Of a stretch of DNA of 64,000 nucleotides, positions 49,705-58,624 are shown piece by piece. The DNA lies in sequence record PP400777; one strand, given 5' to 3'. Every line of letters starts with the position of its first letter. Position 1 is the first letter of the stretch. The stretch comes from Escherichia phage JM10. The position numbers were made by a program, and so were the translations under genes. A model generated the notes under the pieces. It saw nothing but the letters and a program-made list of their open reading frames with translations, made no database searches and was not told the origin of the DNA.

Positions 49705-49763
49705 AATGTTTTCCTCTTGGTTGGTGTAAGTACATCATATCATGCCTAGAGGAAGATGTAAAC
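49705..49763 (-). promoter_or_regulatory. Early promoter with anti-SD element
   Basis: Minus GTTTAC-AUCUUCCUCUAGGCAUGA-TATGAT ... CCAAGAGGAAAACAUU-ATG; UUCCUCU complementary to the SD AGAGGAA. Confidence 0.6.
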
Positions 49764-49787
49764 CCCGAAAGGAGACCGAAGTCTCCT
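49764..49787 (-). terminator. Terminator-like hairpin after gene 41
   Basis: GGAGAC-UUCG-GUCUCC hairpin 6 nt after the gene 41 stop; U-run is weak on the minus strand (UUUCGGGG) and strong on the plus strand (UUUUUAUU). Confidence 0.55.
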
Positions 49788-49792
49788 TTTTA

Positions 49793-51235
49793 TTAAAATT
49801 TTAGCTCATTGGCTAAGCTATCTAGGTCAGCCCGTGTTGCTTTGGCTTTACCTACGCGTTCCGTACGATTCACCTCTGCCTGACGCATCTGAGCACCTGC
49901 GTTTTCATTTACTGTGTTAGGTGTGTTCATGCCTTCTTGCTCAATCTCAATCCATTTCTGGTTGCCTTTACGTACACCCATCAGGAATTTATTCCACTTA
50001 TTCTTATCACCGTATCGTGATTTGATTTGTTTGATAAGTTGTTGTTCAGCTTGTGCAAGTTCTTCGGTTTCAATTACAGCCAACATGAAATCTGCCGTTG
50101 CTGGTAAACCTGCTGATTCTGCGATATCACTCATGTTCATGTCTGAAGCATCCCATGCTGCACGTCCTACTTGAGCTGCGGTCCATAGAACTGTTTCAGA
50201 TTCTACTGCTAATGCACGAAGTTCTTCTGCGATAGCTTTAACTAAGGTGTAGCTATTTTCAGTGTAAACTCTGATACGACAAGACCCACAAATACCTAAG
50301 TAATCAACCATGATTACAGATGGCACAAAGTTCTTCTTAAGTTTTAACTCATTAAGCAATGCACGAAATGTATTAGCGTTAGCTCCACCAGTAGGATACT
50401 GTTTAACTACTAAACGTCCTAATGTGGATTTTGAACGCCATTTTTCCATCTTGGCTTTATATTCAGCATAAGATACGTTACCATCATCGATATCATCGAG
50501 TGATACGTCAAGCATGTTTGCATCTATACGCTTAGCACAAACTTCTTCAGCCATTTCCATGGAAATATAAAGAACATTATGACCTGTTTGAAGATAATCT
50601 GCAGCAAGTGAACAAAGGCCTAAAGATTTACCAACGTTAACACCGGCCATTAAAACATTTAGTGTACCTGTTTCAGCACCACCTTTAGTGATTTTATTCA
50701 AAATGTTTAATTTGAACGGGACCTTACGTGCTTTATTTAGATAAGAAAGCCAGCGTGCTTCATAGTCTTCCATCCAGTCATGTCCAACATAACTATCGAA
50801 CGAAATTGAAAGTGCTTGACGCATAATATCAGGAATAGCTCCTACGTCAGGCATTTTCTTGTTACGTTGTTCTGGAGGTAGTTCAGCATTAGACTGAATC
50901 TCAATGATTTTGGACGTAGCATTATACATCGCTTTTTGCTGGACATATTTCTCAGTTTCTTTAACCAACCATTCGTGGTCTTCAGGAGTATCAGCCAATT
51001 TTTCAATTAGGTCTGAAGTTCCTTTATATTCGGCTTCAGTTAAAGAACTGTTATCTAAAGCCACCTTTAACGCATTGATAGATGGCATTGCATTATATTC
51101 GTTAACGTGGCTCTTTATAATTTTAAAGACATTTTTTGCCGGTCCACGCTCAAAGTAATCAGAATCCATATAAGGCCAGACCTTAGAAAAATAAGCCTGA
51201 TCATATACGAGATGAGACAAAATAATTTCTACCAC
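49793..51235 (-). CDS. 41: Replicative DNA helicase gp41 (DnaB-like)
   Basis: 480-aa ORF; RecA-fold hexameric helicase motifs (GVNVGKS Walker A); T4 position between 61 cluster and uvsX. Confidence 0.92.
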   Translation of the reverse strand: MVEIILSHLVYDQAYFSKVWPYMDSDYFERGPAKNVFKIIKSHVNEYNAMPSINALKVALDNSSLTEAEYKGTSDLIEKLADTPEDHEWLVKETEKYVQQKAMYNATSKIIEIQSNAELPPEQRNKKMPDVGAIPDIMRQALSISFDSYVGHDWMEDYEARWLSYLNKARKVPFKLNILNKITKGGAETGTLNVLMAGVNVGKSLGLCSLAADYLQTGHNVLYISMEMAEEVCAKRIDANMLDVSLDDIDDGNVSYAEYKAKMEKWRSKSTLGRLVVKQYPTGGANANTFRALLNELKLKKNFVPSVIMVDYLGICGSCRIRVYTENSYTLVKAIAEELRALAVESETVLWTAAQVGRAAWDASDMNMSDIAESAGLPATADFMLAVIETEELAQAEQQLIKQIKSRYGDKNKWNKFLMGVRKGNQKWIEIEQEGMNTPNTVNENAGAQMRQAEVNRTERVGKAKATRADLDSLANELKF

Positions 51236-51244
51236 GATAACTCC

Positions 51245-51607
51245 TTAAAAGAATTTAAATTTTTTCTTGGTTCGTTCATTAAAAGCTTGTTGTACTTGCA
51301 TTGTAACACATTTTTCAACATGTGGTGCAAGTTCTGCTTTTCTGTCCTGGTCAAGAACTGCAAAGTCCATTACGATTTTACCATCAACCCAGTCTAGTTT
51401 TGTAATATAGACTATATGATGAGAACCGTCTTCAAGTGTAATCAGAATCTCTTGAATGACATTTTCCATTGCTGAACGGATAATTTTAAGAGATTCATTA
51501 AACACTCGTTCTTTGCGAATGTCTTCCCCTTCCGAAGAAGGGGATTCATCAACGATTTCTAGATTTAAATCATCGAGATTATTCATCGAAATCTTCCATT
51601 TCGTCAA
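51245..51607 (-). CDS. 40: Head vertex assembly protein gp40 (positional)
   Basis: 120-aa ORF between uvsX and 41; start may be the ATG at 51586 because the listed start overlaps the uvsX end by 29 nt. Confidence 0.55.
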   Translation of the reverse strand: MTKWKISMNNLDDLNLEIVDESPSSEGEDIRKERVFNESLKIIRSAMENVIQEILITLEDGSHHIVYITKLDWVDGKIVMDFAVLDQDRKAELAPHVEKCVTMQVQQAFNERTKKKFKFF

Positions 51608-52751
51608 GGTCGTTTTCTATATCTGCTGCAGACGGAGCATCAGAAGTTTTAACCGGAACTTTAGTTGTTGCTTTGCAATTAATAAGGTCGTTAACAGCGT
51701 CATCAACTTCTTTAATAGAAGAGATAGCACCTAGTTTATATTTAGTTTCAATTGCATCTCGGAAAGGCTTATGTTTAAACAACGGCCCCCAGAATTCTAC
51801 ACAATCAGTAGCTTTAGCACGCCATGATTTTTCTTCACGAATCATTTCACCTGTTTCTTCGTCAAGGAATTCACGAGCATACCACCCGGCTTTAGGCTTA
51901 ACTACAAAACCAATTTCAGTTGCCATTTCTAACAAGCCACTGAATGGGTCAATACCGCCATCAAAATTAACCGTGATCGGGAAAGTAGATTTTTCTTTAA
52001 CAGTACGAGATTTTTCAGCTTTCAACGTGAAGTCATAACCGGTCAATTCTGTACCTTCTTTAACCTGACGTTTAGAGATAAAAAATACCGTGTTGGCAGA
52101 ATAAAGAATACCTGTACCACCGCCCATAATCTCTTTAGGATACAATCCGCCGATTTCCATTGCGGTATGGTTAATTGCAACACACGGAATATCTTTAATA
52201 GTCAGATACGGGGTCACAATACGGAAAAGAGATTTAAGTGCCTTAGCACGAGACATATCACCTACAACTTTCTCGTTCAACGCATCTTCGGTTTCTTTCT
52301 TAGATGCAGTATTACCGATTGAATCGATAAAGATAATAACTTTATCACCACGTTCAATCGCGTCAAGCTGATTAGTCATATCGACTTTAAGTTGTTCGAC
52401 AGATTGAATCGGAGTATGAACTACACGGTCTAAATCAACACCCATTGAACGAAAATAAGATTCTGAAGCACCGAATTCTGAGTCATAAAACAAACAGATT
52501 GCATCTTTATATTTCTTCATATACGCTGCAACCATAGTTAGTCCAAACAATGTTTTAAAATGTTTAGAAGGTGCAGCAAAAATAGTCAAGCCTGATTGCA
52601 ATCCTGCATTCAGAGCACCGCCTAGTGCAATATTCAACATCGGAATACGAGTAGGGACTTCATCACGATTATTAAACAGCTTAGACTTAGTCAAGTCTGC
52701 AGTCATTTTAGAAGTAGAAGCTTTAATCAGACGAGATTTTAAATCAGACAT
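51579..52751 (-). CDS. uvsX: Recombinase UvsX (RecA homolog)
   Basis: 390-aa ORF; RecA-like ATPase core; acidic C-terminus. Confidence 0.92.
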   Translation of the reverse strand: MSDLKSRLIKASTSKMTADLTKSKLFNNRDEVPTRIPMLNIALGGALNAGLQSGLTIFAAPSKHFKTLFGLTMVAAYMKKYKDAICLFYDSEFGASESYFRSMGVDLDRVVHTPIQSVEQLKVDMTNQLDAIERGDKVIIFIDSIGNTASKKETEDALNEKVVGDMSRAKALKSLFRIVTPYLTIKDIPCVAINHTAMEIGGLYPKEIMGGGTGILYSANTVFFISKRQVKEGTELTGYDFTLKAEKSRTVKEKSTFPITVNFDGGIDPFSGLLEMATEIGFVVKPKAGWYAREFLDEETGEMIREEKSWRAKATDCVEFWGPLFKHKPFRDAIETKYKLGAISSIKEVDDAVNDLINCKATTKVPVKTSDAPSAADIENDLDEMEDFDE

Positions 52752-52850
52752 TGTATTTTTTCCATAGGCATCATTATATTTTACTCATGTTTAAAAGATA
52801 AGACGATTATATACTAAGGGTTATACAGCATTTAAAACTTTAAATGGCTC

Positions 52851-53399
52851 TTAACGAGCCCATTTGATGATTTCTGTAATCAAATCATTACGTTCGCTTG
52901 CATTAAATCCTATAACTTTGTTAGCACCATCATGATTAAGTAATTGATACGTTTGGATTTTGTTATGAATTGCAAACTCTTCAAAATGTGAAATGACTGT
53001 ATTAAAACCGAATGAAGACAAAGTAATAAGATCGTCTTCAAAACTTTCAGTCATTTCGTTACGTGTTAAAATAATTGTGAACACATCATGGTTTTGGCAA
53101 AGACGAACATAATCCTGTTCATAAACGTCAAGAACCGAGTCCGCATCTTGTCGAATACGTCCATAAACCCAGTTACTAATATATCCACGGTCTAATAGAT
53201 AAATCTTAGTAGGGTCTAAATAATTCAACATCGTTTCGAAACAGCCAACTTCATTTCGAGACTTAACATCGAAACGTCCATCAACTGTTCGTTTAGGGAA
53301 ATCAATCTTTACATATCTTTCACTAATTTCCATTATGTCATTAATGAAAGTTGTTTTACCAGCATTATCCGGGCCATCTACTAAAATAATTTTAGCCAT
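52851..53399 (-). CDS. P-loop nucleotide kinase (thymidylate-kinase-like)
   Basis: Walker A VDGPDNAGKTT near the N-terminus and a DRGYISNWVYG segment resembling the DRY..S..AYQ motif of dTMP kinases; 182 aa; occupies the T4 beta-glucosyltransferase locus. Confidence 0.55.
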   Translation of the reverse strand: MAKIILVDGPDNAGKTTFINDIMEISERYVKIDFPKRTVDGRFDVKSRNEVGCFETMLNYLDPTKIYLLDRGYISNWVYGRIRQDADSVLDVYEQDYVRLCQNHDVFTIILTRNEMTESFEDDLITLSSFGFNTVISHFEEFAIHNKIQTYQLLNHDGANKVIGFNASERNDLITEIIKWAR

Positions 53400-53400
53400 T

Positions 53401-54300
53401 TTATTCCTCGATTACGACATCTTCGTATTTAGGTATATTATACGGTGAAGAAATTAAAGCGTTAAAGTAGATGAACTCACCAAGACCTGGATGGAATACT
53501 TCTTCAGGATTTTCGAAATATTGAATCTTCGGACGTCCTTTAAGAATTTGATAGTACTCAGTTTTAGTTGGTTTAAAAATTCGAATCAACGCTTCTTCAG
53601 GATACTTATTTCTGTCGAAGCTATTATTTGGATCGGTTATATAAAGCGGTTGGCCTAATTGAATTGCACATTCAACCACTTGTTCAAAACGATAGCACGG
53701 GTCACTAATTCGAAATGGATGAAAAATACCATCTAGATGAATAGGAGCCAAATCACCTACAAGACGCTGCATGATGGAAGGACGTATAACTTTCTGCGTT
53801 ACGATAATCTTATTACCATCTGCACCTGCGTTAACCAGCACTTCTTTTTGACGTTCATTCAACACAGTAGTTTGAAGTGAACGATTAACCGACAACATAT
53901 CAGTTTTTAAGAATTCGTCAATATAAAAACGTGGTTTATTAGGGTCTGCAGTGATATTGAAATTGAATTCCACATCAAAAGCGCCGTCATATCCGGTGAT
54001 ATCTGTGATTAGAAAATCACAATCATAATAAGCAATTAATGAATCAACCACAAATTCATTTTCAGACCAGAAATATTTACGAGTGTTATACGCGTTATCT
54101 TTATACCATAATGGAACAAACTTAAATTCTGGGAAAAGACGTTCGCATTCTTTAATATCGGATGCATTACGTGGATATGTAATCACATCGCCTGGATTAG
54201 CACGGTGCAAATGAAGTTGGAAGTTGCCATCCTTAAGGATAGCATACTGTCCAGTTTCATAAGACCGCATACTCAAAATAGGTACGCGGAAAATAGCCAT
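53401..54300 (-). CDS. Hypothetical protein (299 aa) at the beta-glucosyltransferase locus; possible DNA-modification enzyme
   Basis: No recognisable catalytic motif by eye; ATGA-overlapped with gene 42; not similar to what I recall of T4 Bgt. Confidence 0.45.
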   Translation of the reverse strand: MAIFRVPILSMRSYETGQYAILKDGNFQLHLHRANPGDVITYPRNASDIKECERLFPEFKFVPLWYKDNAYNTRKYFWSENEFVVDSLIAYYDCDFLITDITGYDGAFDVEFNFNITADPNKPRFYIDEFLKTDMLSVNRSLQTTVLNERQKEVLVNAGADGNKIIVTQKVIRPSIMQRLVGDLAPIHLDGIFHPFRISDPCYRFEQVVECAIQLGQPLYITDPNNSFDRNKYPEEALIRIFKPTKTEYYQILKGRPKIQYFENPEEVFHPGLGEFIYFNALISSPYNIPKYEDVVIEE

Positions 54301-55016
54301 TAGTCAAGGAATCCTTTAACATAATCAAAATCACGTTCAAACACATGGGCACTTACCATGGTATGAGTATAATCACCAACTTCTACACCACATTCGTTAG
54401 CGATATAATGAAGTAATTTTCCTTGGAGATAAAAATCCAACTGCATAACAACAGCACAGTTCTGAGAACGCATATGACAGTGGGTATAAAGCTTACCATC
54501 ACGAATATAATAAGTCACTGAGTCAGTACATGGATATTCAAGCGTTTCGTCTGAATCAAGCAAAGCCTGATCAGAACTTTCTAGAATTTGGAACACAACT
54601 CTTCGAGAGTTAGGCTTCTCTTTAAGTTCTTTTAGAAGAGTTGGTAATTGGGCCGCAATGCGAGGACCATAGAAAGTGTTGAAGTTCGCCGGCAAAACAT
54701 CTGATTTTGGTTTAGAAATAAATTTAGCGACATTAGGATATGCCTTAAACGCTTCTTCTGCGTTGGTACCACCAGAAATCATAAACTTCCAGAAGTCTTC
54801 GGCATATTCATAAGAGATGCGGTTAATACGTGGGTCGGTCATTTTGAATGATGATGGAGTGTCAACAACTACTGTCATAGACCCAATTTCATTACAACGT
54901 CCAATACGAGAATCAGTTACGAATTCCGGGTTTTCTAAAATTTCACGATTGACTGCTTTAAATGCGGTTTGAAAATCTGCGGCTTTGATATATTTCATTG
55001 TGTTATGTTTTCCCAT
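54300..55016 (-). CDS. 42: dCMP hydroxymethylase gp42 (thymidylate-synthase fold)
   Basis: TS-family active-site pattern ...YPCTDSVTYYIRDGKLYTHCHMRSQNCAVVMQLDF (Cys nucleophile and RS.N segment); position between uvsX and 43 as in T4. Confidence 0.7.
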   Translation of the reverse strand: MGKHNTMKYIKAADFQTAFKAVNREILENPEFVTDSRIGRCNEIGSMTVVVDTPSSFKMTDPRINRISYEYAEDFWKFMISGGTNAEEAFKAYPNVAKFISKPKSDVLPANFNTFYGPRIAAQLPTLLKELKEKPNSRRVVFQILESSDQALLDSDETLEYPCTDSVTYYIRDGKLYTHCHMRSQNCAVVMQLDFYLQGKLLHYIANECGVEVGDYTHTMVSAHVFERDFDYVKGFLD

Positions 55017-55058
55017 GTTTACCTCAATACAATTTATTATATACTCAATTCGTAAAGC

Positions 55059-55298
55059 TTATTTGAATTTCTTGACAATGTTGATATAACGTAAAGCTTC
55101 AGCATCGATACTTCCAAGAACACTATGAAGAAATGCATCAGCGTAGTATTCCAATTGAACAGGTTCTTTAATCACTTTAGCCGCTTTAGTTTCAAACAGG
55201 CCCATCAGGGCCTGTTTAAGAATTTGTTCATTAGTGTTCAGTTTCATAGTCAAAATCTCTTCATTAAGTTGGTGGTTAAAAGTTTTTCTAGAAATCAT
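55059..55298 (-). CDS. Hypothetical small protein (79 aa)
   Basis: ORF with ATGA overlap to the Cys-rich gene upstream. Confidence 0.45.
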   Translation of the reverse strand: MISRKTFNHQLNEEILTMKLNTNEQILKQALMGLFETKAAKVIKEPVQLEYYADAFLHSVLGSIDAEALRYINIVKKFK

Positions 55299-56455
55299 TC
55301 CGGGTACCTCAAAGCGTCATCAGAGTTAGTTATATCAATAATAGATATAGAGTTTTCTGCTAACCCGTTTTTAGATAATTGACGTTTATAATATCTTTCA
55401 CAATATGTACACGTCGTCCCGCAGATTTCATTAGCACAATCGAAATCTGGATGTCTGAACCACCTTTTTTCTAAAAAGCCATCTAACAAAGAGGTTTCAA
55501 TATTTACTGTATGTGAAAACTCAGTTTCGTTTTCAAGAGTGAAAATAGTCTCTAAAGGCTTCCACAGTTCTAACAAATTACCTTCAAACTTTTCAGAAGC
55601 GTATGCTTCAAGAACTTTCAAAATGTAGTCTGTACTACCTGTACGTCCTGAAACTTTGAATTGAGTGATACCAATATCATTATAAAGTTTCAAATCTTGA
55701 GGACGAACAAAACGAGTTCTCAACCAGTTAAATGGGTCTGTATCACGAGCTTTAATACAGTGCTGCATAGGATATCCGTTTAAGGATTTAGCATCATCAG
55801 CTGTAACATCAGTACTATGGAAAATATAGCAAGAGTCACGATAGCTACAATGTGTTGTATACCCTTTACCAGCATTAGAACAGAACTCATTTACAAGAAC
55901 TTCAAATATTATATTGTTCTTATTGCAAAACTCTGCTGCACGCTTCAGGAAAGAAACTGAACGGTTCTTATGAATTCCACAGCAGACCTTTTTGATATTA
56001 TATTGGTCATGCAAGTATTTGATTTGAGTTACAGCATCGACATGTAGAATTGTTGAAACTTCAATCTCAATGTCTTTATTGACTTCACGAACAATTTCCA
56101 TAACAACAGGGTTAGCGATAGTAATACGCCATACGCCTATTGACCAAAGATACTGAACATAATCCTGAATAGCTTTCTTCTTCCACTCAACTAGTTCTCT
56201 TTTTGAACCAGGATTTATCGTGTTGAGTGTATAGTTAAAGCAAATACCTAATTCGTTACAACGTTTAACGTAATCTTCTAACATCTTTTTGTCAACGTCA
56301 GGAAGCCTAAAATCAGGTCTGGCTGCTACAAAAGCCATTTCTCTTGTAGAGCCGTATACTTCGTTTATCAAGCTATTAGGATAAGTTTTATTGAGCTCTA
56401 CGATTTTATCAAGAAGAGCTAAATCAAAATTCGTTCCGATTTTAAAAGTATTCAT
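55295..56455 (-). CDS. Cys-rich protein of unknown function (386 aa), part of the sugar-nucleotide module
   Basis: 13 Cys including clusters VCCGIH, EFCSNAGKGYTTHCSYRDSC and a C-terminal CANEICGTTCTYC (C-x4-C-x3-C-x2-C); a metal or Fe-S site is possible. Confidence 0.5.
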   Translation of the reverse strand: MNTFKIGTNFDLALLDKIVELNKTYPNSLINEVYGSTREMAFVAARPDFRLPDVDKKMLEDYVKRCNELGICFNYTLNTINPGSKRELVEWKKKAIQDYVQYLWSIGVWRITIANPVVMEIVREVNKDIEIEVSTILHVDAVTQIKYLHDQYNIKKVCCGIHKNRSVSFLKRAAEFCNKNNIIFEVLVNEFCSNAGKGYTTHCSYRDSCYIFHSTDVTADDAKSLNGYPMQHCIKARDTDPFNWLRTRFVRPQDLKLYNDIGITQFKVSGRTGSTDYILKVLEAYASEKFEGNLLELWKPLETIFTLENETEFSHTVNIETSLLDGFLEKRWFRHPDFDCANEICGTTCTYCERYYKRQLSKNGLAENSISIIDITNSDDALRYPE

Positions 56456-56511
56456 TTTTTTGCATCTCGCGTTAATTGATGCGATGGTTTTTGCAGGTCT
56501 TACTTAAATTA

Positions 56512-56898
56512 TTATAGATTAGGTTTATATGATTTAAATGTTTCGAATTCGCCTTTATTCATAAGAGCTTTGAATTCGTCAGGACGCATAGCTTTGTCGT
56601 CGATAATCCAATCATATACTGGTTTATGTGTTAGCAAATTATGGTACTTCAAGCCAATGTTTGCCAAGTTCTGAATCAGACTTGGGAGAATGTCAATTGC
56701 TATACGTCCAGGACCTACTGACTTCATACCGCGAGCAGTGTAAAGCGTTATTGTATGCCCTGCATCATACAGAGCATTAATGGCAGACACCATTTCGACG
56801 TCTGGTTTGAAGTTCACGTAATCACGATTGTTATTCCACTCTGTTATACAATCATCGACATCAAAACAAAGATTAAGCATGTTTTCTACACGGTGCAT
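56512..56898 (-). CDS. HAD-superfamily phosphatase (small, about 128 aa)
   Basis: Motif I-like FDVDDCIT near the N-terminus, motif II TLYTARG, motif IV-like IIDDKAMRPDE; start taken at the ATG overlapping the upstream stop (TAATG) with GGGAA SD. Confidence 0.6.
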   Translation of the reverse strand: MHRVENMLNLCFDVDDCITEWNNNRDYVNFKPDVEMVSAINALYDAGHTITLYTARGMKSVGPGRIAIDILPSLIQNLANIGLKYHNLLTHKPVYDWIIDDKAMRPDEFKALMNKGEFETFKSYKPNL

Positions 56899-58583
56899 TA
56901 GATTCGTTCCCATTGATGAGTGATATCGCCACCGATTGGACGATAGGAAACACCAGTTTCTTTATCAGTTAGTACCCATTTACCAGGATTTTTTGTAATC
57001 AGAGTAGCCGTTACAGGTTCTGCTACGTCATAACTAATAGAGCCGTCCTGAAGTACACGGCCCATGTTACGTAATTGCTTAGTCAGAAGTTCCATACCTT
57101 TATAATATGCGGCTACCGCTTTAAGTGGATTATTCTTGAAATAACCACCTAATGCAATCCAGATAATTGCCACTGCCAAATGATGATACTCGTTAAACGA
57201 ACTCATCTTTCCATATTTGTAAACTAATGGATTGATGTTAATAGTCACATTACAAGTTGTTTCATCAATAGTAAACTGTCCCCAGGTCGGATTAGCATTG
57301 AATTCATCATAACCTGAAACAGCATAAAGCACTTTAGCTTCATCATACAATTTTGGCCCGTAAATCTTGGTTTCGCCAAAATATCCACGAGGGTCGATAA
57401 ACTTGACTTCGCCGTTATCAGTAATCATAGTATTACTGAAGTTCGGGTCACCGTGAATAACAGAGTACTGCCCCTGAGAACGGTTATGATAACGAATAAG
57501 GTGTTCTAAAGCTTGTTTCAGCATTGGCTTCAGACGTCCAATCTTAGTGTAGTTCACATGTGTGATTTTACCAAATGAATCAATCAATGGTTGAATGCTT
57601 TCACAACGATCAATAACTTTCGTATAGAATTCTTTAGTGAAATCACGACGAACAGTTTCAGGACTTACAAAATAAGTGTCTGTGCTGAATTTCAGTGCAT
57701 CTAAAATTGCATCAACAATTTGTGGACGAGCAAGACTTGATTTGGATTTAATATATTCAAATGCCGGCTTACCTTTAATGCGTTCCATTTCAAAGTTATT
57801 TTCATTAACAGAAACTAACTGAGGAACTGAATCTGATTTCACTTTAAGATACCATGAAATCTCATCTTTCTGAAGAGCTCGACCTTGTTCAGTTAATGCG
57901 AATTTAGTTACAGTTTCTTCACCAATTTCAACTGCATTAAAACTACGATTAAGTTCACGAACTTCATGAGCTTTTTCAAGTTTAGGCATATCACCTAAAT
58001 CAATTATATTCATAAGCTCTGATTTATTGAATGCGCCGCTGTAAAGGAATTCTACAAAATCACGTCCTTTGCAGTATTCATGAATTTCCTCATCGGTAGA
58101 ACCCATATAGAATTCCCAGTCTTTGAACTGATAAATTCCTACAACATTACCACCTGTTGAACCTACGTTAGTGATATTTTCACCGTCGAAATTATAGCGA
58201 CATTCGTCACCCTTAACATAGATTGCGTTGACATTCCAAGACCATGAACCAAAATCAGGAATAATATCGCACCAGTTAACAATTACGTTATGGCCATCTA
58301 AATCTTTGTGTAATTTAGCAAGAGCATAAGCAGATCCGTATGCTTCATCAACTGTACGAATAGTCACATTGAACCCTTCTTGCTCACAATAAGCTCGAAC
58401 AGTTTCAGCAAATTTTGAATGAACTACTACAATAATTTCATCTGCGCCAAGGTCAGAATAAATTGTATACAAATTGCTCAGAATAGTGTCTTGTTTATAG
58501 TTAACAAGCACCTTAGGAATATGATGCGTTATTGGATACAAACGAGTTGCCAGTCCAGCACCAAGAATAACAGCTTTTTTCAT
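56898..58583 (-). CDS. Bifunctional sugar-1-phosphate nucleotidyltransferase (RmlA/GalU-like) / APH-fold sugar 1-kinase
   Basis: N-terminus MKKAVILGAGLATRLYPITHHIPKVLV matches the G-x-G-T-R-L signature of sugar-1-P nucleotidyltransferases; C-terminal VIHGDPNFSNTMITDNGEVKFIDPRGYFGE matches the HGD...N / D-x-E motifs of aminoglycoside/choline/anomeric-sugar kinases; 561 aa. Confidence 0.7.
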   Translation of the reverse strand: MKKAVILGAGLATRLYPITHHIPKVLVNYKQDTILSNLYTIYSDLGADEIIVVVHSKFAETVRAYCEQEGFNVTIRTVDEAYGSAYALAKLHKDLDGHNVIVNWCDIIPDFGSWSWNVNAIYVKGDECRYNFDGENITNVGSTGGNVVGIYQFKDWEFYMGSTDEEIHEYCKGRDFVEFLYSGAFNKSELMNIIDLGDMPKLEKAHEVRELNRSFNAVEIGEETVTKFALTEQGRALQKDEISWYLKVKSDSVPQLVSVNENNFEMERIKGKPAFEYIKSKSSLARPQIVDAILDALKFSTDTYFVSPETVRRDFTKEFYTKVIDRCESIQPLIDSFGKITHVNYTKIGRLKPMLKQALEHLIRYHNRSQGQYSVIHGDPNFSNTMITDNGEVKFIDPRGYFGETKIYGPKLYDEAKVLYAVSGYDEFNANPTWGQFTIDETTCNVTININPLVYKYGKMSSFNEYHHLAVAIIWIALGGYFKNNPLKAVAAYYKGMELLTKQLRNMGRVLQDGSISYDVAEPVTATLITKNPGKWVLTDKETGVSYRPIGGDITHQWERI

Positions 58584-58624
58584 GTTGTGGTCCTCATTGG
58601 TAAGTAGGAGTATTGTACACTATT

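Noticed and set aside
55295-56455. Assignment of the 386-aa Cys-rich protein as a radical SAM or U32-family Fe-S enzyme
   Set aside because: A C-x3-C-x-aromatic-C string exists but lies at the extreme C-terminus, and I could not match the U32 signature; insufficient evidence for a family call
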